From Nitrosopumilus sp. (GTDB lineage Archaea > Thermoproteota > Nitrososphaeria > Nitrososphaerales > Nitrosopumilaceae), in contig OZ241981.1 of assembly GCA_965204345.1 (NCBI GenBank), positions 1,792,001 through 1,856,000 on the forward strand: 64,000 nucleotides of DNA. The letters are read 5' to 3'. Under the pieces are notes generated by a model. It was not told the DNA's origin and searched no databases. It saw only the letters and a program-made list of their open reading frames with translations. Position 1 is the stretch's first letter, and every line of letters starts with the position of its first letter. Positions 51,501 through 62,310 of this stretch are shown here, piece after piece. A program made the position numbers and the translations under genes.

Positions 51501-54500
51501 AGCCATTCGTACCTCCTCTGATGTTACAACCCATTGATGATGTCCATTTGCGTCAGGGACAGGCTCATACTGTGTTTGTGTCTGCAACGCATGTCGACAA
51601 TGAACGAATTCAATTTACTTGGGAAGAAACCTGCACGGGTGTCTTTAGCAGCGGAAGTCGTACTGGTTATGGCACGTTGTCCTTGTCCTTCTCTACGGGC
51701 AACGCCCCTGTTGGCACTTGTCCTATTACCGTAACTGCGATATCTCCTGACTACACAACCAGTGAGATGTTTCGTATTTTTATAACTAGTGACGACGACA
51801 ATACTAACCAACCAGATATCGAAAGCCCTGTAATTACTGCGCCTGCTGATCTCACTGTAAATGCTACCGGCATACTGACGCCTGTTAATATTGGTACTGC
51901 AACGGCTACAGACAATGCAGATCCAAGTCCTGTCATAACTAACGACGCACCAGACACTTTCCCACTTGGCCCCACAACAGTTACATGGACTGCCACTGAT
52001 GCTGCAGGAAACACAGCTACTGCAACACAGACGATAACCATCCAAGACACAACCCCTCCAAGCTCATCAGTTACCTCCCTGAGTACAGATGTAACTGATC
52101 CTACCAACTTTGAGGCCATACAATTTACGGCAACATTTAGCAGTGGTGTGACAGGATTTATCGCCGATGACATTGTCGTGACAATTGACGGAACTGACAC
52201 GTCTGGCCTGATATCTGCCTTTGCTGGAACCGGTGCTGAATACACCTTTACAGTAACACACGGCATCACCACAGAAGGTCTACTGACAGTAACCATACCT
52301 GCCGATGTGGCAGCAGAGGGCAACACTGCAAGTAATACTAGTACATTCACAGTGGACAGGATATCTCCCGGCGTAACTATCACACCAGCTGATGGCACCA
52401 CCACCGGAGATGACCCCGTAACGTTTACGGCAACATTTACCGAGGACGTTAGGGAGTTTGTCCTAGGTGACATTACGGTAACAGGCACCGCAAACAACGG
52501 CAGTCCCGCAGCATCAAACTTTGTAAGAGTTGATGCCCGCACATACACCTTTGAGGTTTCTCGCGGTTCTACAGACGGAACCGTAATTACATCAATTGCA
52601 GCAGGTGAGGCAAGCGACTTTGCAGGCAACCCCAACACCCCATCTGCTCCGGTCACCGTCACCATAGACACTACTGTCCCATCCGTATCCCTGAGCACAA
52701 CTGTAACTGATCCTACCAACTCTGAGGCCATACAATTCACGGCAACGTTTGACGGTGATGTCACACAATTCATTCGAGATGACATTGTCGTGACAATTGA
52801 CGGAACCGAAACACCTGGCCTGATATCTGCCTTTGCTGGAACCGGTGCTGATTACACCTTTACAGTCACACACGGCATCACCACAGGAGGTCTACTGACA
52901 GTAACCATACCTGCCGATGTGACAGCAGAGGGCAACACTGCAAGTAATACTAGTACGCTCACAGTGGACATGGTAGACCCAACAGTAACCATCACATCAG
53001 CTGACGGCACCACCACCAACGATGACCCCGTAACCTTTACGGCAACATTTACCGAGGACGTTGTCTTTAACCTAGATGACATTACAGTAACAGGCACTGC
53101 CAACGGCGGTAGTCCAGTAGCAGACAACCTTGGAGGATCAGGCAGTACCTACACCTTTGATGTAGCCCGCGGCGTGACAGACGGAACCGTAACTGCATCA
53201 ATTGCAGCAAATGCACTAACAGACGCCGCAGGCAATAACAACGAGGCGTCTAATTCAGTTACCGTCACCATAGACACCATTCCGCTAGCAGTCTCTGTAA
53301 CTACAACTGCAGATGATTTCACTAATCTTACTACAGTACCATTTACGGCAACATTCAACAAGGACGTTGACTTTAACCTAGATGACATTACAGTAACAGG
53401 CACTGCCAACGCCACCAATCCTGAAGCATCCAACGTTCAGTCAGTTGATGCCCGCATATACAACTTTGATGTTGCACGCGGCACTACAGACGGAACCGTA
53501 ACTGCATCCATTGCAGCAAATGCACTAACAGACGCCGCAGGCAATAACAACGAGGCGTCTAATTCAGTTACCGTCACAATAGACACTCTTGCCCCAACAG
53601 TCTCTGTAACTTCATCTGCAGGCAGCAGCACCGGACTTGATACGGTACCATTTACAGTAGAATTTAACGATGACGTTAGGAACTTTGAACTAGAAGACAT
53701 TACAGTGGAAGGCACTGCCAACGGTGGCACCCTTACAGCATCCGGCTTTGAGACAGTTAATGCCCGCATATACAACTTTAATGTTGCAGGCATATCCGGT
53801 GACGGAACCGTAATTGTGTCAATTGCAGCAAATGTGGCAACAGACTTTGCAGGCAATAACAACACCGCATCTACTCCAGTTACCGTCACAATAGATACTA
53901 CTGTCCCATCAGTATCCCTGAGCACCGATGTAACTGATCCTACCAACTCTGAGGCCATCGAATTTACGGCAACATTTGACGGTGATGTCACACAATTCAT
54001 CGCCGAGGACATTGTCGTGACAATTGACGGAACTGACACGTCTGGCCTGATATCTGCCTTTGCTGGAACCGGTGCTGATTACACCTTTACAGTAACACAC
54101 GGCATCACCACAGGAGGACAGCTGACAGTAACCATACCTGACGGTGTGGCAGCAGGGGGCAACACTGCAAGTAATACTAGCACATTCACAGTGGACATGG
54201 TAGCCCCAACAGTAACCATCACACCAGATGATGGCACCACCACCAACGATGACCCCGTAACCTTTACGGCAACATTTGATGAGGACATTGAGAACTTTGA
54301 TCTGGAAGACATTACAGTAACTGGTACTGCAAACGGCGGCACACCGACAGCATCCAACATTAATGGAGAAGGAAGTGTCTACACCTTTAATGTGGCACGC
54401 GGCTCCACAGACGGAACAGTAACCGTATCAATAGGTGCAGGTATTGCAGCAGACCTTGCAGGCAATCCCAATGAGGCATCTAACTTAGTTACCGTCACCA

Positions 54501-56512
54501 TCAACACTACCGGAGATGAGATTGAGGCCGATATCCCCTCTGGAGGCGATGGTGGCGTAGTGACATATGAGCCATCCTCAAATCTGATCACCCTCAACGT
54601 GGTATCTGACACATTGCCTGACACAATTATTGCCACTGATGGCCAGACGCTTGACTTTAGTGCCACCCCCACGTTTGCTGATGATGCTGCAAGCGGAGTA
54701 AAGAGTGTGAGAATTTCTGATTCTACAACTGAGGTTATCACTGATGTCTCTGATTCCCAAACTGTATCTGTCACTTATCCAGCAGGCATAGTTGTAAACG
54801 GTTCATCAAATGATTGGAGTGGCACCATTGCCGTTCCAACCCTTGTTACTGCTGGTACTGCTGTTGATCCTCCATCCCCAAGTGACGAGATAGGACTGGC
54901 ATTCTCAGTCGGTGATGGCAACACCAGGCTGACATTTGATCAGGCAGTCAGATTACTCTTGCCTGGCCAGGCAGACCATGAGGGAGCCTTTTTCTCAGGA
55001 GAGGATACAGATGGCAACGTGGTATCACGATCACTGGTTGTGTGTCCGTTTGTTCCTGTCAATCAGACTACTGCCAATGATAACCTTGGAGCTGGCACTG
55101 CGTTGGAATCCTGTTTTGTTCGTGATGCTCCTGATATGATCATCTGGACCACTCACTTTAGCTCATTTGGCTCATTCTCTACGGTTCCTGTCGAACCTAC
55201 ACCATCCACACCTTCTAGTAGCCGCAGTAGTAGTGGCGGCGGTGGCGGTGGCGGTGGCGGTGGCGGTGGCGGTGGCGGTGGCGGTGCCTCCTCCTTCAGC
55301 GGCTCATCTGTTGCAAACAATGCCTCCGGAGCTGTTTTGTACGACGTACAATGGGACGTCTGTGAGGCAAACACAATCAACGTAATAGCCGGTCCTGTAA
55401 CTGACAATCTCTCTGTAAAGCTTAGAACCAACGCAGGCATAATCACGGCAGAACGCTCTGATGAGCAGCCCTATCTTGGAAGAATCTCATTTGATGCAGG
55501 CCTCTCACCAAACGAGTCATTTGTACGCGTACATGTGGAAAATATCGCAGCAAGGGGAGTATCAACTGATTCAAAGTCATTTAACCTCACCGAGTGCTCT
55601 GGTTCTGTATCTGTAAACACATACGAGTTATCATCCTCGCCTGTTATTACCGGTGGCAGTGCAGCTGTAACGCCTGACCTGCCATCCAAAAAAGTGGATT
55701 TCTCAGATGATATTATCATGCCAGGCCCCACCCAAGTACAAACGCCTGACCTAGTCCGTGAGTTCATCAACGACTTTGCAGATATTACAAATGTTAACAC
55801 CGGTATGAAACTCACTGAATTCCAGACACTGCAATCAAACCCTGACAGATATGCCGAGACCGTCCTGGGAATCAGCGGACAGACAGTTACCACCGTCGCA
55901 TTGGTGGACAGGCCCGGTTCTGAGGAGAGCAACAACAACAACAACAACAGTCCAAACCTCTTCTTGCAAATCTCATCCTCTGATGAGCAGATCAACTCCA
56001 TGAGAGGCGTTCTCTTGGGAGGTGACACCATTGAGATTGTGGCAGGAGACAAAAGCAAGATCACCGTCCCAACATCTGCAGAAATTGCAATTGCGTCTGG
56101 GGATGCAAACGTGGCAGTATCTCAAAAATCAAGCATGAAAATTAACGACGGATCAACGCAGACAGACCTGCCAGACGTGCTCAGAGAATTCCTAAACACC
56201 AACATTGAATTTACAAACGAGGATACTGGTGAGGCACTAACGCAATACGTGGTGTTGCAGTCAGTACCAGACGTGTTTGCAGAGAGAGAACTTGGCATCT
56301 CAGGACAAACCGTAACTACCATCGCGTTCCCAGACAGGTATGGCAGGGAAGACAGCAATGATGACCTCAATGTCTTTGTACAGTTTACGCACACTGATGA
56401 GCAGGTCAACTCCTTGAGAGGCATCCAGCAGGGCGGCAACGCAATCAGCGTTAGCACCAACGGCGCTGAGCAGGGAACACTGACACAGACAGTAGAGATT
56501 CCGCTGGGCTAG
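48530..56512 (+). CDS. Giant (2660 aa) surface protein: zinc metalloprotease domain, jelly-roll domain, HYR, multiple Ig-like repeats, poly-Gly linker
   Basis: Signal peptide; ILHEFGHHID then AWSEGWADF (gluzincin-like HExxH+E); repeated FTATF..DV..F...DI.V / D.AGN.N.AS Ig modules. Confidence 0.85.
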   Translation: MAGIAVSGFLVLVTVMMMAVMMPAHAATPDSPLEQYHAGIPIDGIQCDGGKLLMVTLAGNPVCLTGDSAMKLADRGSSNSSYATIYTPETSQKANEPLNEKITSQTDTHVFTDKEKQIIADYKESSMLSSPGILIHSYSLDLSESPKVGHTAVVNFTGVYTDNTNFEPYMEPFTLKVFANPDDKVLFYNATTNAGSDDPTSFESFDNDIGYVVDDPVPGRAYTVMVTIKILEEGFIEIDALRFDPLESSGGVYLAISNEHSMPENKYMDEEHTFLDHDILARESSPESFAPQKDSRLGNKPGPKDEIVNEDLTEERVAQIYANHLRLLGEIVLSDIGKVNDDLIGWLVDKSLPLDDVKIILGHSNFTQAQKADAMERYEAEYTGPQDLSDGAVTAAAAAAYGSSTDASAAPAFPVAATQDTPDGAAAAEEDSSSNTFSIEGTVSAPLYHSRTTQPVNGIEVCAYDYSESDGTETAVLLTTEGDEACTFTSNMGEYHIDSIQNDDPSDASNVDLVIKIISRGANGLVLQDMSENVYEIRSTGVLNFSQDTRMYDFELNGNNAEAAGIINAISDGRDFFSHHGIHNARLTVHWEPGWQQDTMYLHSNRIRLDDHSNHHLDLLIILHEFGHHIDDIAIGGTIEGLIRSECYTDINGDRDFDDIGERFHYFSRPTANPACAWSEGWADFVPHLVTNSSLGRDTVFNTNLERHREGFFLAQPTHAGSLNGPLYGQLVEGRVAAALWDIKDHNVDRIYDNLEYSRNGNNLDNLQLGDDEIMDIIRNNPIDTFEDFYKAWERAGYDSSYDIMRLHHMEFAIPNVPTPSSNIMTDSFDTFGTWFLGAYLETFNPEFPSFRSFNVWLLAGHDWEIAPDEDNPSNMLASSQNCDIWCIMTLNLPLDTEGRLEVSFDRYLDSRLDGNEGLYVQYLTDSGWVTLRQYTALTFFDRDDSMRDANDMWVSESLILSIPQSHTLLRFVAQSNEPGEFVRIDNLNIEPFVPPLMLQPIDDVHLRQGQAHTVFVSATHVDNERIQFTWEETCTGVFSSGSRTGYGTLSLSFSTGNAPVGTCPITVTAISPDYTTSEMFRIFITSDDDNTNQPDIESPVITAPADLTVNATGILTPVNIGTATATDNADPSPVITNDAPDTFPLGPTTVTWTATDAAGNTATATQTITIQDTTPPSSSVTSLSTDVTDPTNFEAIQFTATFSSGVTGFIADDIVVTIDGTDTSGLISAFAGTGAEYTFTVTHGITTEGLLTVTIPADVAAEGNTASNTSTFTVDRISPGVTITPADGTTTGDDPVTFTATFTEDVREFVLGDITVTGTANNGSPAASNFVRVDARTYTFEVSRGSTDGTVITSIAAGEASDFAGNPNTPSAPVTVTIDTTVPSVSLSTTVTDPTNSEAIQFTATFDGDVTQFIRDDIVVTIDGTETPGLISAFAGTGADYTFTVTHGITTGGLLTVTIPADVTAEGNTASNTSTLTVDMVDPTVTITSADGTTTNDDPVTFTATFTEDVVFNLDDITVTGTANGGSPVADNLGGSGSTYTFDVARGVTDGTVTASIAANALTDAAGNNNEASNSVTVTIDTIPLAVSVTTTADDFTNLTTVPFTATFNKDVDFNLDDITVTGTANATNPEASNVQSVDARIYNFDVARGTTDGTVTASIAANALTDAAGNNNEASNSVTVTIDTLAPTVSVTSSAGSSTGLDTVPFTVEFNDDVRNFELEDITVEGTANGGTLTASGFETVNARIYNFNVAGISGDGTVIVSIAANVATDFAGNNNTASTPVTVTIDTTVPSVSLSTDVTDPTNSEAIEFTATFDGDVTQFIAEDIVVTIDGTDTSGLISAFAGTGADYTFTVTHGITTGGQLTVTIPDGVAAGGNTASNTSTFTVDMVAPTVTITPDDGTTTNDDPVTFTATFDEDIENFDLEDITVTGTANGGTPTASNINGEGSVYTFNVARGSTDGTVTVSIGAGIAADLAGNPNEASNLVTVTINTTGDEIEADIPSGGDGGVVTYEPSSNLITLNVVSDTLPDTIIATDGQTLDFSATPTFADDAASGVKSVRISDSTTEVITDVSDSQTVSVTYPAGIVVNGSSNDWSGTIAVPTLVTAGTAVDPPSPSDEIGLAFSVGDGNTRLTFDQAVRLLLPGQADHEGAFFSGEDTDGNVVSRSLVVCPFVPVNQTTANDNLGAGTALESCFVRDAPDMIIWTTHFSSFGSFSTVPVEPTPSTPSSSRSSSGGGGGGGGGGGGGGGGGASSFSGSSVANNASGAVLYDVQWDVCEANTINVIAGPVTDNLSVKLRTNAGIITAERSDEQPYLGRISFDAGLSPNESFVRVHVENIAARGVSTDSKSFNLTECSGSVSVNTYELSSSPVITGGSAAVTPDLPSKKVDFSDDIIMPGPTQVQTPDLVREFINDFADITNVNTGMKLTEFQTLQSNPDRYAETVLGISGQTVTTVALVDRPGSEESNNNNNNSPNLFLQISSSDEQINSMRGVLLGGDTIEIVAGDKSKITVPTSAEIAIASGDANVAVSQKSSMKINDGSTQTDLPDVLREFLNTNIEFTNEDTGEALTQYVVLQSVPDVFAERELGISGQTVTTIAFPDRYGREDSNDDLNVFVQFTHTDEQVNSLRGIQQGGNAISVSTNGAEQGTLTQTVEIPLG
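52075..54510 (+). repeat. Intragenic near-identical Ig-module repeats
   Basis: Module starting TCCCTGAG...GTAACTGATCCTACCAAC recurs near 52075, 52688 and 53915, interleaved with a second module type. Confidence 0.85.
55235..55285 (+). repeat. (GGCGGT)n microsatellite encoding poly-Gly
   Basis: Read directly; 17 Gly. Confidence 0.9.
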
Positions 56513-56600
56513 CCTTTCCTCCCCCCCCTTTGCCATTCTCGCTATCTTCAGGTATTTTTGATCCATTATACTGCAAGGCAGTTTTTGGGTCAGGTAGATT

Positions 56601-56837
56601 CTGACTAGCGGAATTTGACAGTAAACTGCAAAAGAGACGGTTTTCTTAAAAAAAAGAATTGCATATTCTGGCCATCAAAAAATCCCAAAAGAGGTGCAAT
56701 GCTAGATCTCTCAGATTTGTGATTTGTGGCATGAAACACCAAAACTTATCAGAACTCTTAATTCATCATTGACAGGAAAAACTACCCTTGCTAATACTAG
56801 AAATGAAACACCAAAACTTATCAGAACTCTTAATTCA
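56601..56837 (+). repeat. MITE-like element plus local 35-bp duplication (56731-56765 / 56803-56837)
   Basis: Homologous to revcomp of 36248-36384 and to 48442-48484. Confidence 0.75.
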
Positions 56838-56901
56838 CCCCTTGAGAATTAACACTGGGAATGCCGTACTCATCAACTTAGCAGAATCCTAATGACAAAA
56901 T

Positions 56902-57940
56902 TGTATTATATGATAATTATGTCCGCTAGTCATTTATGTCCACCTCCATCCCTTTTTGGTTGCTTTTCCTGATCGTATCAGGAACCTTTTTGGCCTTAAA
57001 TGCCATCAGAGGCACCTGACAGTTCTCTATGTCCAGAGAAAAATGCAGTCTATCCTCATTGTAAAAGTCGATGAACTCCCCCACCGTCTCAAAGTGTACA
57101 AGCTCATCCTCAAGTGTCCTAAAGAATCTCTCAATCTTGCCGTTGGTCTGCGGGTGGTGGGGCCGCGAGTTAATCAGGGCAATACCCCTCTCCAAGGCTT
57201 CTTCCTCAAACAGGGTGGGCTTCCATCCCTTGGCAGGTACACCGCGGTTTCTGGATGTGAACTGGGCTCCATTGTCTGAAAGTATCTGACCTGGCGTGCC
57301 AAATGACTTGATAGCCTTGCGCAAAACGGCTACAGTGTTCTGGCTTGTGGTACTATCAAATATCCCAAATCCCGTTATGCATCTGGGATGCATCATCCAA
57401 ATATGCCACAAGTTGCAGTCCTTTTAGGCGTGGATCCTTCATTACGTGCCAGTCCACATGCCACATTGCATTGGAATACAGTCGCTCATATCTGACGTAC
57501 TTTCTCTTCTTGGATTTTTGAGGAGACAGTCTGGCCAGTCCGTTGGATTTCATTATTTTGTATACTGTATGGTAGCTTATATGAGATGACTTTCTGAGGT
57601 GGCGAGTCGTACGTATTACTGCATGATCCTCATCATATGTCTTAAGAACACGACGTACATCCTCAGATGATATTGTCTTTCTGGGTCTTCCTGGCTTTCT
57701 GTGGGAGTTTATTGTTCTGGTCTTGCGGTAGGCTGCCCATATGCGTCTGACGTGCCTTGCGCTGACCTGCATGGTTTGGGCCAGAACAGATGCAGCTGTG
57801 CCCTTTTGACGCTGACGTATGATGTATCTGGTCTGGTCCTCCTTTAGTCTGGTTCTCTTCATTATTCGTGATCGGCATATACGGTAATAATCCCTTGCCT
57901 GAAGCCTGAGCTTAGGCGGACATAATTTTCGTACAATAGA
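56902..57940 (-). mobile_element. IS481-family insertion sequence with frameshifted transposase (56926-57862)
   Basis: HTH, WHVDW...YLDDAS|RCI, ILSDNGAQF, HPQTNGKIERFFRT; extra C near 57386; 25-bp imperfect IRs TGTATTATATGATAATTATGTCCGC / TCTATTGTACGAAAATTATGTCCGC; flanking direct repeat ATCCTAATGACAAAAT. Confidence 0.92.
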
Positions 57941-57989
57941 ATCCTAATGACAAAATAGATAAATACAAGTAATCATAATATGATTATTC

Positions 57990-60900
57990 ATGAATTCTAA
58001 AATAATGCTAACTGTCATAATTTTTTCACTCGCCATTTTATTTACATCACCTCTAGTTTCCATATCCCAAACTGATGAGAATGAACAGTTTGAAGTGCCA
58101 GGTAATCTTATCCCAGATAACAACACATTGGGTTCTGTTGTAAGTGTGGATGTACCCTCCAAGTTTGATGGCGGTTTTTATGATAAAATCCAGAGTCTCA
58201 TATCCGAGGTACCTCAAGATGGCGACTATGGGGTACATGACGGCACACGATACCATGATGTCCTAATTGTAGTGGCCAGAGATGACGGGGATGATGACAG
58301 AGATGCCGATGAGACAGCGCACGAGAACAAGGATGCAATAGTAAAGAGACTTGATCTTCTTGGTGCACGCAACATAGCGGCAGCAGAGTCACTGTCATTT
58401 GTAACTGCATCCATCCCAGTTGCAGACGTTCCGGGATTCTCACTTTATGACGAGGTGTATGCCATGGGAGATGGTGAAACCCCAGTAACTCTGGAGATTG
58501 ATACGACCAGGGGAACCGTACATGCAACTCCAAACGAGATTAATACTCCAACTGATGGCAATCTTGATGGTAGTGGTGTTGTTGTGGCAATCATTGACAG
58601 GGGCATCAACCACGATATAGCATTTAACGACAGAATAATTGATCGTGTGCTGTGTGATGATACGTGTGAGCCTGAAACAGCAGATAGTGTGTTCGGCGTT
58701 AACAGTACTAATGTACCTGATCATAATTTTACATCCCATGGTACGCATATAGCTCAGGTTCTTGCCGCATCAGGACTCCCAGCTCATAACGGCATTGCTC
58801 CAGGTGTAAAACTTTTGGATGCCTCAATTACCAGGCACGATGTAGATGAAGATAAGAATCGTATCTTCATTAATGCAACTAGAAGTGACGTGGCACATGC
58901 CCTTGACTGGTCTCTCAAAAAAGGAGCCGACATAGCAGTCATGAGTTTTGGTTTTGGAATCTGCGATAAAAATGATGCAGACACAACCAACCTCATCACA
59001 AATGAGGCAGTTGACAAGGGAATGGTTCTAGTATCATCTGCAGGAAACAGGGGCACAATTTATGGAGCGCCAAACTAGCCAGTTTATCAATCAATAACTC
59101 ATCCCGGATGCGGACACAATGAAATTACCGTAGGCGGAATAAATGATCGTGGTGAAATAATAAAAAGAGCAAGCTTTGCAAGCAGGGGTCCAGCACCCGG
59201 AACAGTCCTGCTAAAGCCTGAGATAGTTGCACCTGCACAGCGTATTCAGACACTGGATAATGTTGCAGATGCTGACACTTTTAGTCCTCGGTCCGGAACC
59301 AGTCTTGCCAATCCCCAGGTAAGTGCAACTGCTGCCCTGTTGCTACAGGCAGAACCTGATCTGACCCCAGTTGAGATAAAGGCCGCACTTCTTCTTGGGG
59401 CTGACTGGCAGGGTCCAGTCCCTTGCACGTCTGCACAGTATGAAGAAAACAATCCCAGCGACAACTGTTCTTATGCCCGACAGCCTTCGGATCCTTTTGT
59501 GGCAAACAATGTTGCATCCCTTGGAATACTAAACAATGTGGGCTTTGGCATACTAAACACTGCTGAATCACTCAGGTATGTTCACAGTGCATCATCATCA
59601 TCCCATATAATGTCAAACCATCTTGACTCAAATACAGATAAAAAGAAGTACGAGTTTGTCGTATATGACACCGAAAAACCAGTCAAAGTGATACTGTCAT
59701 GGCTGGTTCATCCGCATGGGAGTATAGACGAACAGTTGGATCATAATGGTACAGCAGTTCCTATTGCCAATTTGGATTTTACCATAACATCTCCGGATGA
59801 TACTACCATAATACGGGCAACATCAGAACATCAGACAAACGAGTTTGCAGTGTTTGACCCCCCTCTCACCGGACCATACACCATAACAGTTAGCGGCTCA
59901 AACATTGATAACATAAACAAGCCGGTACAAAACTTTGCACTGGCAAGCACCAATCCCCTCATATATGTACCATCATCATCATCACCACCTCAGGACAATC
60001 CTCCTGTGGCAGAATCACGCACAGTAATAGTCAGCCCTGGAGCAGAAAAGGTGATACGGTTAGTAGCCTCAGATTCTGACGGCGATGCCGTATCATTTAG
60101 AATATCCAAAGATCCAACACAGGGAACCATAACAACTGACGAGTTTATCACAAAGACCGCATCCCGTGCCATATTCACACCAAACTCTGACTTTGCAGGC
60201 ACCGATACAATTGAGGTAACACCGCATGATGGTGTGGACTCTGGCAGTCCTGCAACTATTAAACTTCGCTCCGAATCACTTCCGCCTGGCGGCGGCCCAA
60301 CAACAGAGTTACCAGACCCATTGGATATGGTAGACTGGAATCACATGGAGGTAAAATCAGGATTCATGGACAATGATTATTCGGTATCATTCCTAGGAAT
60401 AAACCATACTGTATCTGCATTGATTGTACAATCTGTAAACATGGAGGGAACCGACCTGAAAATTTTCACTACCGAAGAAGACTTGTATGAGATTGCAGTG
60501 CCTCCAAGCGGGAAACGTGTCATAAATATTGCACCGCCCATTACAATCCTGAATGCAACGCTTTCTGCTGACGGAGTAGATGAAGACGCAGCATATGACT
60601 TGAATCAGCCATCTGATACTACTATTACTCCAAACAATGTGGGTAATTCTACTGCATCTAATCTCAACAATGTCCAGATGGATGTCAAATACTTTCTAGA
60701 ACAATGTCCTACAGACTCGTGTCCTCCATACTCTACATATCAGTCAACTGCATTCTCCACTTTTGCAATACCAAACAATACGAGAAATCAGAATACGACT
60801 AGTACCATAACCATCCCGACAAACGGAGAGTTATTTGATTTATCTGTATCAGTAGACATTGATCATACCTACAGTAATGAGCTTAAACTAGTTCTTACAT

Positions 60901-61706
60901 CCCCAAACGGAATACAGATTATCCTTCATGACAACAATGATGCCAATGACAACAAGGACGTCGGTGCTAGGGAGATCAGACAGACGTATACTGCTCCATT
61001 ATTTGATACGCTTGAAAAATCCTACATTAAGGGCGACTGGGTTCTCTCAGTAGAGGACAATACCAGATGGGATAAAGGGAAACTCAACAAATGGAGCATA
61101 AATGTAAAATATGATCCTGGCGACCCTCCTCGTCAACAATCCGAAATCCCGCTCATATTTTCAGATGACTTTGAAGACGAATTAGATAAATGGACTAAAA
61201 CAGACCAAGACAACTGGACAACATCCACATCAGTAAGGCATTCAGTCCCAATAGCACCGAATCATAACTCAACAAATCTGGTACTGCACGCTGATGACTG
61301 CGTGACCTCCTGTACAATCGCCCTAGATAATCCAATAGACATGCCACAAGAAATCAAAACAAGGGTAGAGGGCATCAGGAATGGCACATTCATCCCAGAT
61401 GATCCAATAGACCTGTCACACCCTTCGGCATCCCTGTCATTTTGGAGATTCGTTGACTCGGCACTGGGTCAAGACGAATATCTCAAAGTAGAGCTGTATA
61501 ATGGCAGGACATGGGACACCATATACGACTGGTCTGCAAACAGTGAAGGCAATGACGGCACATGGCACGAAGAATCATTTGACTTGTCAGAATACATTGG
61601 AGTGTCTGATTTTAATTTGCGGTTTGTAACCCAGCAGGATAGCTTCAACGAGGACGTACAAATTGACGATGTAAAAATCAGTTTCACCACCTGCACGTGT
61701 GGATGA
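57990..61706 (+). pseudogene. Secreted subtilisin-like (S8) protease with P-domain, interrupted by one in-frame TAG (59076-59078)
   Basis: IIDRGI (Asp), HGTHIA (His), SAGN, then in the same frame KPEIVAP and SGTSLANPQV (Ser); SVDIDHTY..LKLVLTSPNG P-domain. Confidence 0.85.
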
Positions 61707-61789
61707 CATATCTGGCACCCTTTTTTTAATTCTGAGATGATCCAGTTAACAGTGCAATCAGATCCGAACAGTATGGCATAGAAGACAAA

Positions 61790-62310
61790 ATGACCCTTGT
61801 GCCGGATTTTATAAAAATAAAAAATTTTGGGTGTTTTAACGAGGAATATCAGACAAATTTTGGAAAACCAAATGTCATAGCAGGCTCAAATAACTCTGAG
61901 AAAAGCACAATCCTCAAAGCGTCGCATCCGCATAAGCGTTAGGTCATCTAGCAGTATGCCCTAAGAAACCTAGAAAAACTCAAAAATTTTGCAAATAACG
62001 CATCTGACATTTATGTTATGTATCAAAAAATAAAAACAGATCAAGGAAAATCCAGAGATTGAAGAGTGGTTTAAAAAACTCAAAAAAGATTATCAAAGAC
62101 AGGGGTCGCATCCAGATAAACTAATTGATGAGGGGAACACTTGGAATGGTCAGACAATCAAGTTTGTTTTAAAATTTCTAGGAAAAAACGGACATTTGAT
62201 AAATGATAGAGTTTTTTCATTATTTTTGGATTTAATACTTGGACAAGCAGAAAAAAAATCAAATTTTGAGATGACCAGACATTTGGAAGGTTTTAATGAG
62301 CAGCACTGCT
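61790..62310 (+). pseudogene. Decayed AAA/OLD-like ATPase N-terminus followed by further ORF fragments
   Basis: MTLVPDFIKIKNFGCF...NVIAGSNNSEKSTILKA: degenerate Walker A with a stop soon after. Confidence 0.5.

Noticed and set aside
51524-56566. Long antisense ORFs within the giant surface gene
   Set aside because: Shadow ORFs arising from Thr/Asp/Val-rich codon bias and repeats on the coding strand
59076-59078. Pyrrolysine or amber recoding
   Set aside because: No pyl genes here, TAG is used as a normal stop by many genes in the window, and it is a single case
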